Source: Octopus bimaculoides
Taxonomy: Eukaryota
Length of the DNA stretch: 53,870 nt
Assembly: GCF_001194135.2 (NCBI RefSeq)
Contig: NC_068992.1
Span: 36,813,123 to 36,866,992 of the forward strand
Direction of reading: 5' to 3'
A model generated the notes under the pieces. The model was not told the DNA's origin. It was given only the letters and a program-made list of their open reading frames with translations, and made no database searches. Positions 12,548-23,820 of this stretch are shown one piece after another. A program made the translations under genes and the position numbers. The first letter of the stretch is position 1. Every line of letters starts with the position of its first letter.

Positions 12548-12701
12548 ACGACGGGCTTCCTTCAGTTTCCGTCCACCAGATCCACTCACAAGGCTTTGGT
12601 CAGCCCGAGGCTATAGTAGAAGACACTTGCCCAAGGTGCCATGCAGTGGGACTGAACCTGGAATTATGTTGGGAAGTAAATTTCTTACCACACTGCCACG
12701 C

Positions 12702-12705
<4 letters not shown>
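12291..12705 (-). mobile_element. SINE family 1, essentially full length
   Basis: Head (caggcgtggcagtgtggtaagaa..aggttcagtccc on minus strand), body, internal (CA/TA)n and (TTCTTTTA) tail. Confidence 0.85.
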
Positions 12706-12744
<39 letters not shown>

Positions 12745-13586
12745 GTTATGGTACATTCTGTTAAGAACGTAGTAGTGTACAGTATACAGCATGCATATCG
12801 TATTTGTGTGTGTATGGGTATATGCGTATGTATATGAGTGCGCGTACATATCCGTATATGTATATGTATGTATATGTGTATGTGTGTATATATATGCATG
12901 CCTACATACATACATACGTACATATACATATATAGAATTATAATTGTATAAAATACAATTATAATTGTATAAAATACAATTATAATTAAGGACATAGAAA
13001 AGACCATGCATATGCTGAAAGCAGACGTTAAATCGTCAAACCATTAAAACAATATCACTTTTATTGTACGCAGCGTGTTGAAATCGAGGGAGTAGGCTCA
13101 CAGAAATTCATAAAATACTTAACCCTGGATTGATCAAATTCTTAATTAGTCCAATAACTTTTCCTTATCAGCAAGGCATACGTAGGGAAATAAATGAGAT
13201 ATTTATACATACCAACACGAGGCGAATAGATACTCACATGAAACTGAGTAATAGTTTGTGAAGGTTTTGTTTATTACTGTCTCTTAAACTAAGTAGGTCT
13301 CTGATTCTTCATTGATTTATATTTTGTTATTATCATATATTATCAAAATAGCTAGCGATTGTTTTCACCTCAAATGCATTTGAATTAATATTATTGGAGA
13401 TGTGAAGGAACATTTTGAAAGTTGTGGATTATCTTTACCTAATTATTTTGTCCATTATTTTTGTTCTTTTGTGGTACTTGTTATGAATTTGAATAGCTAA
13501 AGTTCACGCTCCGAAACATAGGTATTTTGAATCAGTATTTTGCAATCTGTCAGACCTTTTACATAGATTATCGTCTGTCTTTTGGA

Positions 13587-13678
13587 CCAAAACCTTGAAG
13601 AGACTTGTATATATGAATATGATTTGTTTATAAATCAAATAATGTATATAAGTCGAAACAAATTGTTGGATATTTTGG
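13587..13678 (+). ncRNA. Type-I hammerhead ribozyme motif with long stem II (C3>U variant)
   Basis: ccaaaacc-TTGAAGA (13595-601), 10-bp stem II GACTTGTATA/TATATAAGTC, GAA, ACAA-a-TTGT, T (GUU site), then GG-ata-TTTTGG pairing with ccaaaa-cc. Confidence 0.55.
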
Positions 13679-13901
13679 CTTTTTAATAATTGTTTATATT
13701 TTGCTATCTATATTATATTATATTATTTATATATTATATTATATTATATTATATTGCAAATAAATTGTTAGCTTGTAGATTGTGTTTCTCTATTTAATTT
13801 ATTGTTTGTATTTTGTAGTTATACACCTATTTCCGTGGTATTCAACTGATGTACCTGTGAATTGAATGTTTTACACCTCATCGAAGGAATTTTCTCTTCC
13901 T

Positions 13902-13947
<46 letters not shown>

Positions 13948-13975
13948 NNNNNNNNNNGTCACACACACACACAGT

Positions 13976-14024
<49 letters not shown>

Positions 14025-15406
14025 GCTTGTGTGTATAAATTGGTGTTTTTCAATTAGTAGCGTTTAAACACGTGATTTCGTTAGTCACGTGTCAGAAGCA
14101 TGTGGCATATATTTCCTAAAAGATGACATATTGTGTGGATAGTTTATTTAGTTTATTTCTACGATGTTAAAAGTAAAAACAGAGGGAAACGCAATGCATT
14201 TTCATTATTTCATTCTCTTTCATTTTCGGAAAATAAACACATTGTACAAACAAGACAAGAAACATGTGCAGTTTATGGAGATTGTCCCACAGCTAAGATG
14301 ATACTTTGAAAGTAACTCCCTAGATTTAGGAGTGAACATTTTTTGATCTGGAAAAAACGTGAACGTTCTGGTAGCCTTATAGCTGTTTATGTTGATCAAT
14401 TCGAAACGCCAATAAAAAAGTATTCCCTGAAATTGTCCATATATCTCAGATGAACGTTAGTTTACAACCATCGGAACGCAGGTTCGTGAGATGGTTGTGA
14501 TTTGCAGACAGTTTTCAGTAGGAGCCGGAAAGAGAAGCATGAAACGGAAGAGAAAAATAAAAACGCAATGCGCATGTCAAAATAAAACAGAAGAGAAGAA
14601 CGAAACAAGTTATATGATGGTCGGTCTGCATGACACGTCTGACACGACTATGAGGATACACTTCATAAAAATGTTAGTCAATTTTATAAACCATAGTATT
14701 GTATTTGGTAGATAATGCATCTACCATACAAATGAAGAAAGGCAAAATTAATCGGATCTCATATGGTGTGGTAAACTCATGGCCGAATATCAAGAGGTAT
14801 TTTTGCTCTAAGAAAACCGGTTTTCCATGTCACCATGAAATAAGCAGATATTCAAACAAGTTTGCGTGAGTAGTTATATACGCATACACTGATAAGTGCA
14901 TTTGATTGGTATGTGCACCTGATATATTGTACAGAAGCTTTTCTAGAGTTTAACACGCAATAATTTAGACGACAGGTTAAAATTCACGCAGTGGGACCAA
15001 ACTCGAAATCACACTGTAAAGAAATGAAATTTCCTACATGCATTTCATAAGTTTTGTATGCACACATATCTAATCGTACACAGCCCCATATAAAAATACA
15101 TATCAATATTTATCATTCCAACGAAAGTTTGTGTGTATGTGTGTGAGTGAGTGTGTATGTGTGTGTGTATGTGTGTGTGCGTGTGTGCGTGCGTGGGCAC
15201 ATTTTTGTGCGCGCGTGAGTACGTGTGTGTGTGAGTGGGTGGAGAAAAAGAGGTACATATGCATACATATGTACATACATGTACAAATACAAATATACGT
15301 GCATATATCTGTAGGTATACATATGCATTGATATACATATACATACTTATACATATATGTGTGTGCTTCTGTGTATGAGCATACGTATACACACATATAC
15401 ATAGAG

Positions 15407-15456
<50 letters not shown>

Positions 15457-16539
15457 NNNNNNNNNNNNNNNNNNNNNNNNNNNNNNNNNNNNNNNNNNNN
15501 NNNNNNNNNNNNNNNNNNNNNNNNNNNNNNNNNNNNNNNNNNNNNNNNNNNNNNNNNNNNNNNNNNNNNNCATGTATTCCAATAACGACACACATACACA
15601 CACTCAAACACGCATACATTCACACAATAGACATATATATATATATATGGCCTCTTTCAAAATTGAAGCAATACATACATGTATTCCAATAACGACACAC
15701 ATACACACACTCAAACACGCATACATTCACACAATAGACATATATATATATATATGCACACATGTATATTCGCTAATCTTCAAATAATAGAATTATATTA
15801 AACTTTTAATAAATATCATTTATTAAAGTTAATCTAATAACACTGACATTTTTCACGTGGAAAGAATTCTTGTGACGTCATCTTTGGCACCTTGGGAGAA
15901 AACGGCGATTTGAAGAAATATTCTAAGAATGTGGCATTAAAAATAGACAATTATAATTACTAATAGCAATAGCAATAATAAGAGAAATAAAATTAGTGTT
16001 TTTTTACAATTCAAATAAACTACAATTATGCACGTAGATCCAACGAAATAATTATAGGCACAAACAAAATGCAAATCACGCGGGACAATTTTAAAAATTA
16101 CAAATCAAATTATTTACCAAAAATAACTAACCTCATAAAACCAGAGACAATAAGTCACACTATATAGCAATACCACACACAACTGAAAATAAAACTCAGT
16201 ACTAGGAAAACATTTGTATGCAACATAAACCACGAAACACTATAAAGCAGTAGAAAGAGTAATTAATAACATTATGAACAACACCAATAACGATCACAAC
16301 ATCATCCATATGATCGTAAGAATTTAAGTAACACACCAGTACTACAACAAGAAAATGCAAATATTAGCTATTTCACGAAAATTAATCACCAAAAACAAAG
16401 ACACGAATGCAAAACGAAAAATACGCACCCCCTAACTAGACCGCTATTTCAACACATTCCTCCAATCAGATATCCAGAAAGTGATAAGAAAATCTAATCA
16501 CTCAAAAGCTCAATCCACTCACAAACAGAATTGACAGAG

Positions 16540-16800
16540 ACTAAATCATGTCCCTCATATCATTAGATCTCGTTCTATCACGGAGACCAGGATTTCCGAC
16601 ACGCACACACTGCCTCCCATCCACGACAGTTATGAGATATCTGAATCTCAAAAATGAATTGGATCGAGAGGAGTGGCTTGTTCTAGAAAAGTCAGGATCT
16701 TGAGGTACGAGCGCTCTTACTAGACCCGGAGTGTAAGTTTCAGGCATCTGAAAACGATCTTGGAAATATCCCGCTCTTTAGTACGAGTGAGTGACTGAAA
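16540..16800 (+). mobile_element. Decayed LINE APE-endonuclease N-terminal fragment
   Basis: Frame with stops: LNHVPHIIRSRSITETRISDTHTLPPIHDSYEISESQK*IGSRGVA, resembling APE (I.ET....I.GY...R...GGVA). The upstream kb is A/C-skewed like a LINE sense strand. Confidence 0.35.
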
Positions 16801-17313
16801 GAGTATCTTACGCATATAATGGGAATGTGAAGGGCTAGACTATAAGAGAAGTGGGTGTAAAAGCTTCGCAAAACTGCTCAAACTTTTACATTTGACTGAC
16901 CCTATTGAGTGGATTTTTCGAATGTTCCACCGCTTAGAATCGAGTAGTACGCGGCCCATTCCACATCATCTGTTGCTGTTACTACGTTGCACCTCAATCA
17001 ACCAGGCCTGTCGAAAATGCCCTTCCCTCACGTCTTAGAAAACGTGCCGTCTCTCTTATGTAAACCCTCACAATATTTATATCATTTTTATGCTGTTTGG
17101 TTTGTATCTAACAAAGGTATCATTATTATCAGGTTGATTCGTTCGAATATCGGAGTAGTTTGTGCTATTTGTTTCAGTCATGAATTCAAATCCCACCAAA
17201 GTCAGCTTTGTCTTTCGCTTTTTCACAGTGGACTACTGGGGCCTATGAAGTCGACGTGCTCTCCTTCAAAATTTCTGGCTTTGGACTAAAATTATAAAGA
17301 ATTACTATCATTG

Positions 17314-17520
17314 GTGAGCTGGCAGAATCGTTACCACTCCGAGTAAAACGCTTAGTGGTATTTCGGCCATCTTGACGTTCTGAGTTCAAATTCCGCCGAG
17401 GCTGATTTTGCCTTTCATCTTTTCAGGGTCGATAAGTTGAGTACCACTGAAACACTGGGGTCAATGTCATCGACTATCTTACCACCCCAACACCTTTAGT
17501 AAAAAGGATTATTATTATTA
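17314..17520 (+). mobile_element. SINE family 2 (Meta-domain-like), copy 1
   Basis: ggtgagctggcagaatcgtta..gttctgagttcaaattcc..gcctttcatcttttcagggtcgataagttgagtacca, with an (ATT)n tail. Confidence 0.75.
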
Positions 17521-17522
17521 TT

Positions 17523-17732
17523 GAAAGGCAGTGAACAGATAAAATCGTTAGCACACTGAGCATAATGTTTAGCAGCAGTTCGTCCTTCTTCACATTCTGA
17601 GTTCAAATTCTAATGTGGTCGACTTTACCTTTCATCCTTTCTGGGTCATTAAAACACTGGGGTCGATGTAATTGACTTATGCATCACCCGAACTTGCTGG
17701 ATTTGTGCCAAAATTTGAAATCATTATTATTA

Positions 17733-17778
<46 letters not shown>
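17523..17778 (+). mobile_element. SINE family 2, copy 2, tandem to copy 1
   Basis: Same head and core (ttctgagttcaaattc..gtcgactttacctttcatcctttctggg), with a long (ATT)n tail. A third head starts at ~17997 and runs into an N gap. Confidence 0.7.
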
Positions 17779-17779
<1 letters not shown>

Positions 17780-17780
17780 C

Positions 17781-17897
17781 GCTGCAGGTTTCTCATTAAT
17801 TTGATAAAAAAAAAATTTGCTGTTATCTCTTTTATCTTTTACATTATTCATATTATTAACAACTGGACGACCGAATTCTACTGCCACTCACGATTTG
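17781..17897. repeat. ~115-bp dispersed repeat (second copy 19584-19697)
   Basis: ctgcag..ttaatttgataaaa..ctgttatctct..ttatcttttacatta..acaactggac..accgaattctactgccactcacgattt is present at both loci. Confidence 0.8.
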
Positions 17898-17902
17898 TTT
17901 TA

Positions 17903-17955
<53 letters not shown>

Positions 17956-18154
17956 GAATCCTCTTTCAAAATGCGACTATTTTGGAAATTATTATTAGGC
18001 TGTGTACTAGCAGAAATGGTAGAAAGGTTTGGTGAAATGNNNNNNNNNNNNNNNNNNNNNNNNNNNNNNNNNNNNNNNNNNNNNNNNNNNNNNNNNNNNN
18101 NNNNNNNNNNNNNNNNNNNNNNNNNNNNNNNNNNNNNNNNNNNNNNNNNNNNNN

Positions 18155-18202
<48 letters not shown>

Positions 18203-19253
18203 TGTGTGTATGTGTGTGTGTATGGGTGTGGGTGTGTTTGTGAGTGTGTGTGTGTGTGTGTTTGTGTTTGTTTGTGTGTATGTGGGGGGGGGTGTGTTTA
18301 ATATTAAGGATTCTGGAGAGAATCGTGTACTTAAATGATGTGCACCAGGTTAGTCGAATAGATATACTGGGTACTGAAGTAGATCAAGTAATATATTCAG
18401 ATTGTGCTTACAGAGAAAACTACCCCTATATTTAACGCCTAGAGGCTGGTCCAGAGCGCACGGTGTGTTGATTACACGGTGTTTGATATTCCCTAAGATG
18501 TCTGACATATATATATATATATATATATATAAGTCAGTAAATAGTGGGGTTGTGTTAACCGCACGTGGAGAAATAATAGGAAAATGAAAAAAAAAATGAA
18601 AAAAAGCCAGAATGCTGAACTGGAAGCATAATTTAATAAAGACCCCTTCCAACCGGTTCTCATTGCGATGAAGCAAACTTCCTTACACCCTTGTAAATAT
18701 AGAAGTAAAGCTCCCTTCCAACATTGAAACATATTCGATCAGGATACCCAGAAGCATCGTTAACATTGATGAAGGAGACTTTGGCGGCTCAGAGTGAGGG
18801 TGGAGGAAAAGATGATATAANNNNNNNNNNNNNNNNNNNNNNNNNNNNNNNNNNNNNNNNNNNNNNNNNNNNNNNNNNNNNNNNNNNNNNNNNNNNNNNN
18901 NNNNNNNNNNNNNNNNNNNNNNNNNNNNNNNNNNNNNNNNNNNNNNNNNNNNNNNNNNNNNNNNNNNNNNNNNNNNNNNNNNNNNNNNNNNNNNNNNNNN
19001 NNNNNNNNNNNNNNNNNNNNNNNNNNNNNNNNNNNNNNNNNNNNNNNNNNNNNNNNNNNNNNNNNNNNNNNNNNNNNNNNNNNNNNNNNNNNNNNNNNNN
19101 NNNNNNNNNNNNNNNNNNNNNNNNNNNNNNNNNNNNNNNNNNNNNNNNNNNNNNNNNNNNNNNNNNNNNNNNNNNNNNNNNNNNNNNNNNNNNNNNNNNN
19201 NNNNNNNNNNNNNNNNNNNNNNNNNNNNNNNNNNNNNNNNNNNNNNNNNNNNN

Positions 19254-19286
<33 letters not shown>

Positions 19287-20622
19287 GTATATATGTGTGT
19301 GTGTGTGTGTAAGTATATATGCACATGTGTGTATGTATATAAGTGTGTGTGTGTGTGTGTGTGTGTGTGGTGTACGTGGATGTACATTCCTGCATATACA
19401 AATATTGATGTGTTTGAGTGTATGTAAGTATGAAGGCGTATCTATCTATCTATGTATTTTTGCAAATGTTTGTCTGAGAAACTTGCGGTTGACACTCACC
19501 AATCGGTGTAGTGACATAATTACAAAATCACGTGTTCCAACAGTCACAGGCTATAGATCTGAAGCTGTAAGCCTGGTGTAACCTCTGCAGTTTTCTCGTT
19601 AATTTGATAAAAGATGTTTACTGTTATCTCTCTTATCTTTTACATTAGTCACATTATTTACAACTGGACAACCGAATTCTACTGCCACTCACGATTTCTT
19701 TTCTCAAACTCTAATAATTATGTATGGTCGCTATATTCATGCATGTGTTGGTGCCCGTAGATGTGTGTACATTTTACATGCATGCGTGTCAGTGAGTTTG
19801 TAAATCTGTATACTTTTAGAAGCTTGCTCAACACACAAGTACTTTTGTACACACGCACTCACACACTCATACACATATGTATGTATATACATCCATACTA
19901 CCAGCTAAATTTCTGAGTGTTTTACATATTTATACAGTTCCCTCCAAGACTTTGTCTTTTTTTAATTAGTCGTGAAACCCACCTCCACATAGTTGTTACT
20001 GCTCCAATAATCAAAGGCATAAATCTAAATTTATAGTTTTGATGTAGTATCTGCATATTTTGCAGTTGTTCGTCATAAATATTTTCTTTTATCTGGAATA
20101 CTATACTAACTATATGTTTTTGCATGGTAGCGTATCATAGTTTTTGATTGAATTCACTAACTCCATCATCTGTTGAGTGGGCAATTGCATGTATGTATGT
20201 TGTTTTTGAGAATATATATCTTAAGAAATAGTTAATTAGTGAAAGTTGCTACGTTCAGAATAAAATGAAGCAAATTTACGATCGAATTTCAGTCACCAAG
20301 TAACAGTATCAAAAGGTGGAATCAAATACAGACATCTGATGATGATATGATACTCTACGGATTAAAAATTGATTTTCAGACCATTTATATACTTAAGCGT
20401 ATAGTTGTTGCTTAGCCTCAGGTTCACCATGATTGAGAAGACTTTCAATCAAAACCGTTTCATTTCTTTTTTCTCTTTTTTTTTTATAATTACCACAAAG
20501 TATTCTCCCTTCCTGAAGTGATAAAACATGTTATTAAAAGAATTTGGCCGCTATTTCTTATATGCCGGGTGCTCCTTTAGAGTCTTTATTTCGCCTTGTA
20601 TTTTCAGAGATTTTACAGTAAT

Positions 20623-21374
20623 GGTTCCAGTTCAACTGCTCGACGTGTAATTGCCCGACGGACAGTTACCCGATGTACAACTGCCCGGCGGACAACTCTC
20701 CGATGGACAACTGTCCAACGGATAACTTCCCGACGACAATTACCCGATAGAAACAACTGCCCGATAGATAGCTTCCCAACAGACACTTTCACTTTATCTT
20801 TATCTGTCCTTCATTTCACTTTACATGTCATTTGGGCGAATCTTCCTGTACACAAAAATTGTATTTTTCCTCAGTTTGCTGAACTAAAGAACCACCAGGT
20901 GTCAAAAGACTTTAGCTTTTGTGCTAGCAATGTTGTAATAACATTTGAGCAATTACAAGAAAATTTGTGCCATGAAGCAGATCCAGTCATTGATTATTTT
21001 GAAGATGCTTATATCAGTGGAATACGACAGCGTAACAGAGGCAACCCACTCTTTTCTGTTTGTATGTGGAACATGAATTACCACGTATGCAATGATTTAC
21101 CACGAACAATTAATTTTTTGGAAGGATGGCATAACCATTTACAGGCGAATATAACGTCAAGTCATCCAAATATCTGGCGTTTTCATCAGGTATTGAAGGT
21201 GGAACAAGCACTTAACGACACTATCATCGACCAAATGCTGGAAGGATATCAGCCTTCACCCAAAAAGAAAAAAATATCAAGATTTAACTAAAAAATTGCA
21301 ATTGTCCGTCAAGCAACTGTCCGTCAGACACTTGTCCATCGGGCTCTTGTCAGTCGGGCAGTTGTCCCGATACC
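20623..21374 (+). mobile_element. Internally deleted Mutator (MULE), Phantom-like element with repeat-rich TIRs and 9-bp TSD
   Basis: Ends GGTTCC../..GATACC with inverted arrays of a ~15-bp gacaactgcccgacg unit. Flanks are TACAGTAAT (20614-22) and TACGGTAAT (21375-83). The interior encodes a MULE C-terminus (DYFEDAYI..MWN..LPRTINFLEGWHN..HPNIWRF). Confidence 0.85.
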
Positions 21375-21779
21375 TACGGTAATAGTGGTAATTGTATTTT
21401 TGTATTTGATCGCTAATAAAATTAACGGGAATTTGACTTTCTAGTTAGTATATGTAGTTTATGTAGTATAAACATGTTGGATTCTGATTAGGCTAGCACT
21501 TTAAAAGGAAGGGGATTAATCGATTCCTTCGACCTAATATTTAATGGGTACATTATTTCATCGACCTTGGAGAGATGACATGCAAAGCTGACTCAAAGCA
21601 TAAAAAATTTGAACAAATACAGTAAAGCGAATCTGTAGCTCTAACGATGCTACCAAGTCGCTGCCAGAAGAAATATACACACATAATTATGCAACGTACG
21701 CATGCAAACGTGCATATCAATTTACACTACACACATGTGCAGATTTGTTGGCGTTTGGGGTGTATCATTCACTGTACGC

Positions 21780-23820
21780 AGTAAGAATGAGATGAAGATA
21801 GCTTCTGATGTCCACAAAATTTGCCTATATGTTCAACTTCTTGCAAAGGTTCCGTTTTGTCCAGGTTCCTTAGTATACTAGTTTAATATTTCTCGATATT
21901 CTTCCTTCTTTCTCCTGGAGCTGCATCTGTGTCTGGATCATGCCTCTTCTTTTCTTGTTATCTGCATCCCTTCATTGCTGGAAACACTGATACCATGCCG
22001 TATTGTGCACGTCATTCCAACGATGTAGTATAATTTGTCTTACTGAGATGTCGGCTGCCCACATGCTTCCTGATTTTATAGTCACTCCAACATATCTGAA
22101 ATGTTCATTCTAAGAATCCCTGTGCATCTACAACTCTACACTTTACTACCTTGAATTCTCCGACTGTGGGTAGCTGGGGAACTTGGAAATGTTCATATCT
22201 TATGTACATACCTACTGAAGTTACGCCTGGACCGATGGCCAACCGTTTTCTGAGGTACATACCGATCTTTTCTACATTTCCACCCTTGTCATACAAACCT
22301 CATTACCTGTCAACAATCACAGAAGTCTTGTGAGCAGTCTGAGTTGGTAAAGCTGTGATTTGAAATTTCTTGGAAGGCTTGATCTTACACACACATACAC
22401 ACACACATGGTTAAACTTCATTCATGCCCACATGCCGTGTGTTCAACTAATGTTAACAACTATATTGCCTCCACGTGAGTTGTGGTTGTCACAGTAAGAT
22501 AATCACTTACTGACTGATCTACTTGAACTTGTTTCCTAGGAATTGTATATGCAGCCAGTTATGACACTTTATTCCAGGTCTTTCTGATATGTTGTAAACT
22601 GAACAATTTTGAAACACAACTAGATAGCTAAGATGTAGCTGGTTGCCATTTCCTTGATGTCTGGTGTGTTCTAGGGTTGCATGTATTAGAGAATACAGAA
22701 TTCATAGTTCGCATAATTCCGTTGCTTTTGTTTGTTTTTTTCTTTTCTTTTTGGTCACCTAGATCATCTTACTGAGAGCTGTTGTATTCAGTATATCCAG
22801 AGAAGAATGGGATAGCACTTTTCTGGTCACATGAATTTATGCATCCATTCTCCAGCATGTATGAAGTCGTTCTTTAGCCAATATTGAAAAGAATATTTTA
22901 CCTTCTACACTTAGAACTGATATAGTTTTGAATTGGCTGATAGCCCAGAGGCCTTCTTTTTTTGCAAAGTGGAACGCTTCCATTTTCCAGGAACATCGTT
23001 CACAAAATCTGACAGAGCGTCGAAAATTTCATATACCTTGTATGTTATACCTCTTGGGCCTTGGGAAAATCCTTTTCGGGTCGCCTTCGCTACCTCTTTT
23101 ACTACCTTCACCGAAGGGCTTGACTCTACAGTTATGACCCTACCCACAAAAACATACTTCTACGTCTTCTCTGGGACTAGTTAATCTTTTGAATTTTGCC
23201 TCACTCGGCAATGTTCTGGTGAATGTAAAGCAGCTCTTGGTAAACTGAGCCATTTTCTCTCTCTTTCTTTCCTTTCGCTTCCGCGAGCTTCCTATTCTTC
23301 CAAGACTACACAGACGTTCCCATCTCGTTATGCTCTTGGTGTTTCCCATTCCTCGATATGAATTCACTTATACAATGTGTTGAGAATCATAATTTCCTCC
23401 CTCAAGTGATGAAATTCTTTCTTTTCTGCTCTGTTGCTTTCCCTCTATCAAAGCGATCACTTGAAAGGTTTTGCGTTATTGCTGTGAAAGCATTCACTTA
23501 TGCTCAGTATGTCCTGTTAGTGTAGTTTAGTATATCCTGTCATGATTTTGGTCCGGTTGATACCATTCTATGGTGTCATTCATCTTGAGCTATTTGATCC
23601 GTTCTCTTTCTACATGGGCTTATTTCTCTAGGGTAGTATCAGTTAGATCCCTCCTGGGGGCTTGAATTGATACAATCACCGAGAAATTTTCACTTTTGTA
23701 GAATACTTCCTGCCTGGTATTCTCCTGCGTTTTAGTAGGTGCTATCATTGTGTGCTGTACTTTTCGACTGACAGCCCTAGCTCGGTGTATTCCGAGCACT
23801 TTTGTGTTCTTATTGGACAA
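21780..23820 (-). mobile_element. HERO-like (R2 superfamily, RLE-type) non-LTR retrotransposon, heavily decayed
   Basis: Minus-strand pieces in order: VLGIHRAR (N-terminal zinc-finger remnant); RKERKREKMAQFTKSCFTFT; GPRGITYKVY; ISQFKTISVLSVEGKIFFSILAK; YMLENGCINSCDQKSAIPFFSG; TTYQKDLE*SVITGC; QLPTVGEFKVVKCR. Confidence 0.75.

Noticed and set aside
15571-15753. Exact ~78-bp direct repeat
   Set aside because: It begins immediately at an N gap; probable scaffolding artefact.
15854-15880. E-box and perfect CRE (TGACGTCA) as a neuropeptide promoter
   Set aside because: Short motifs 23 kb from the exon, with no TSS evidence; expected by chance.
1905-19581. Many ORFs rich in YI, HT, CV or X in the six-frame track
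   Set aside because: They are translations of (TA)n, (CA)n and (TACA)n microsatellites or N gaps, not proteins.
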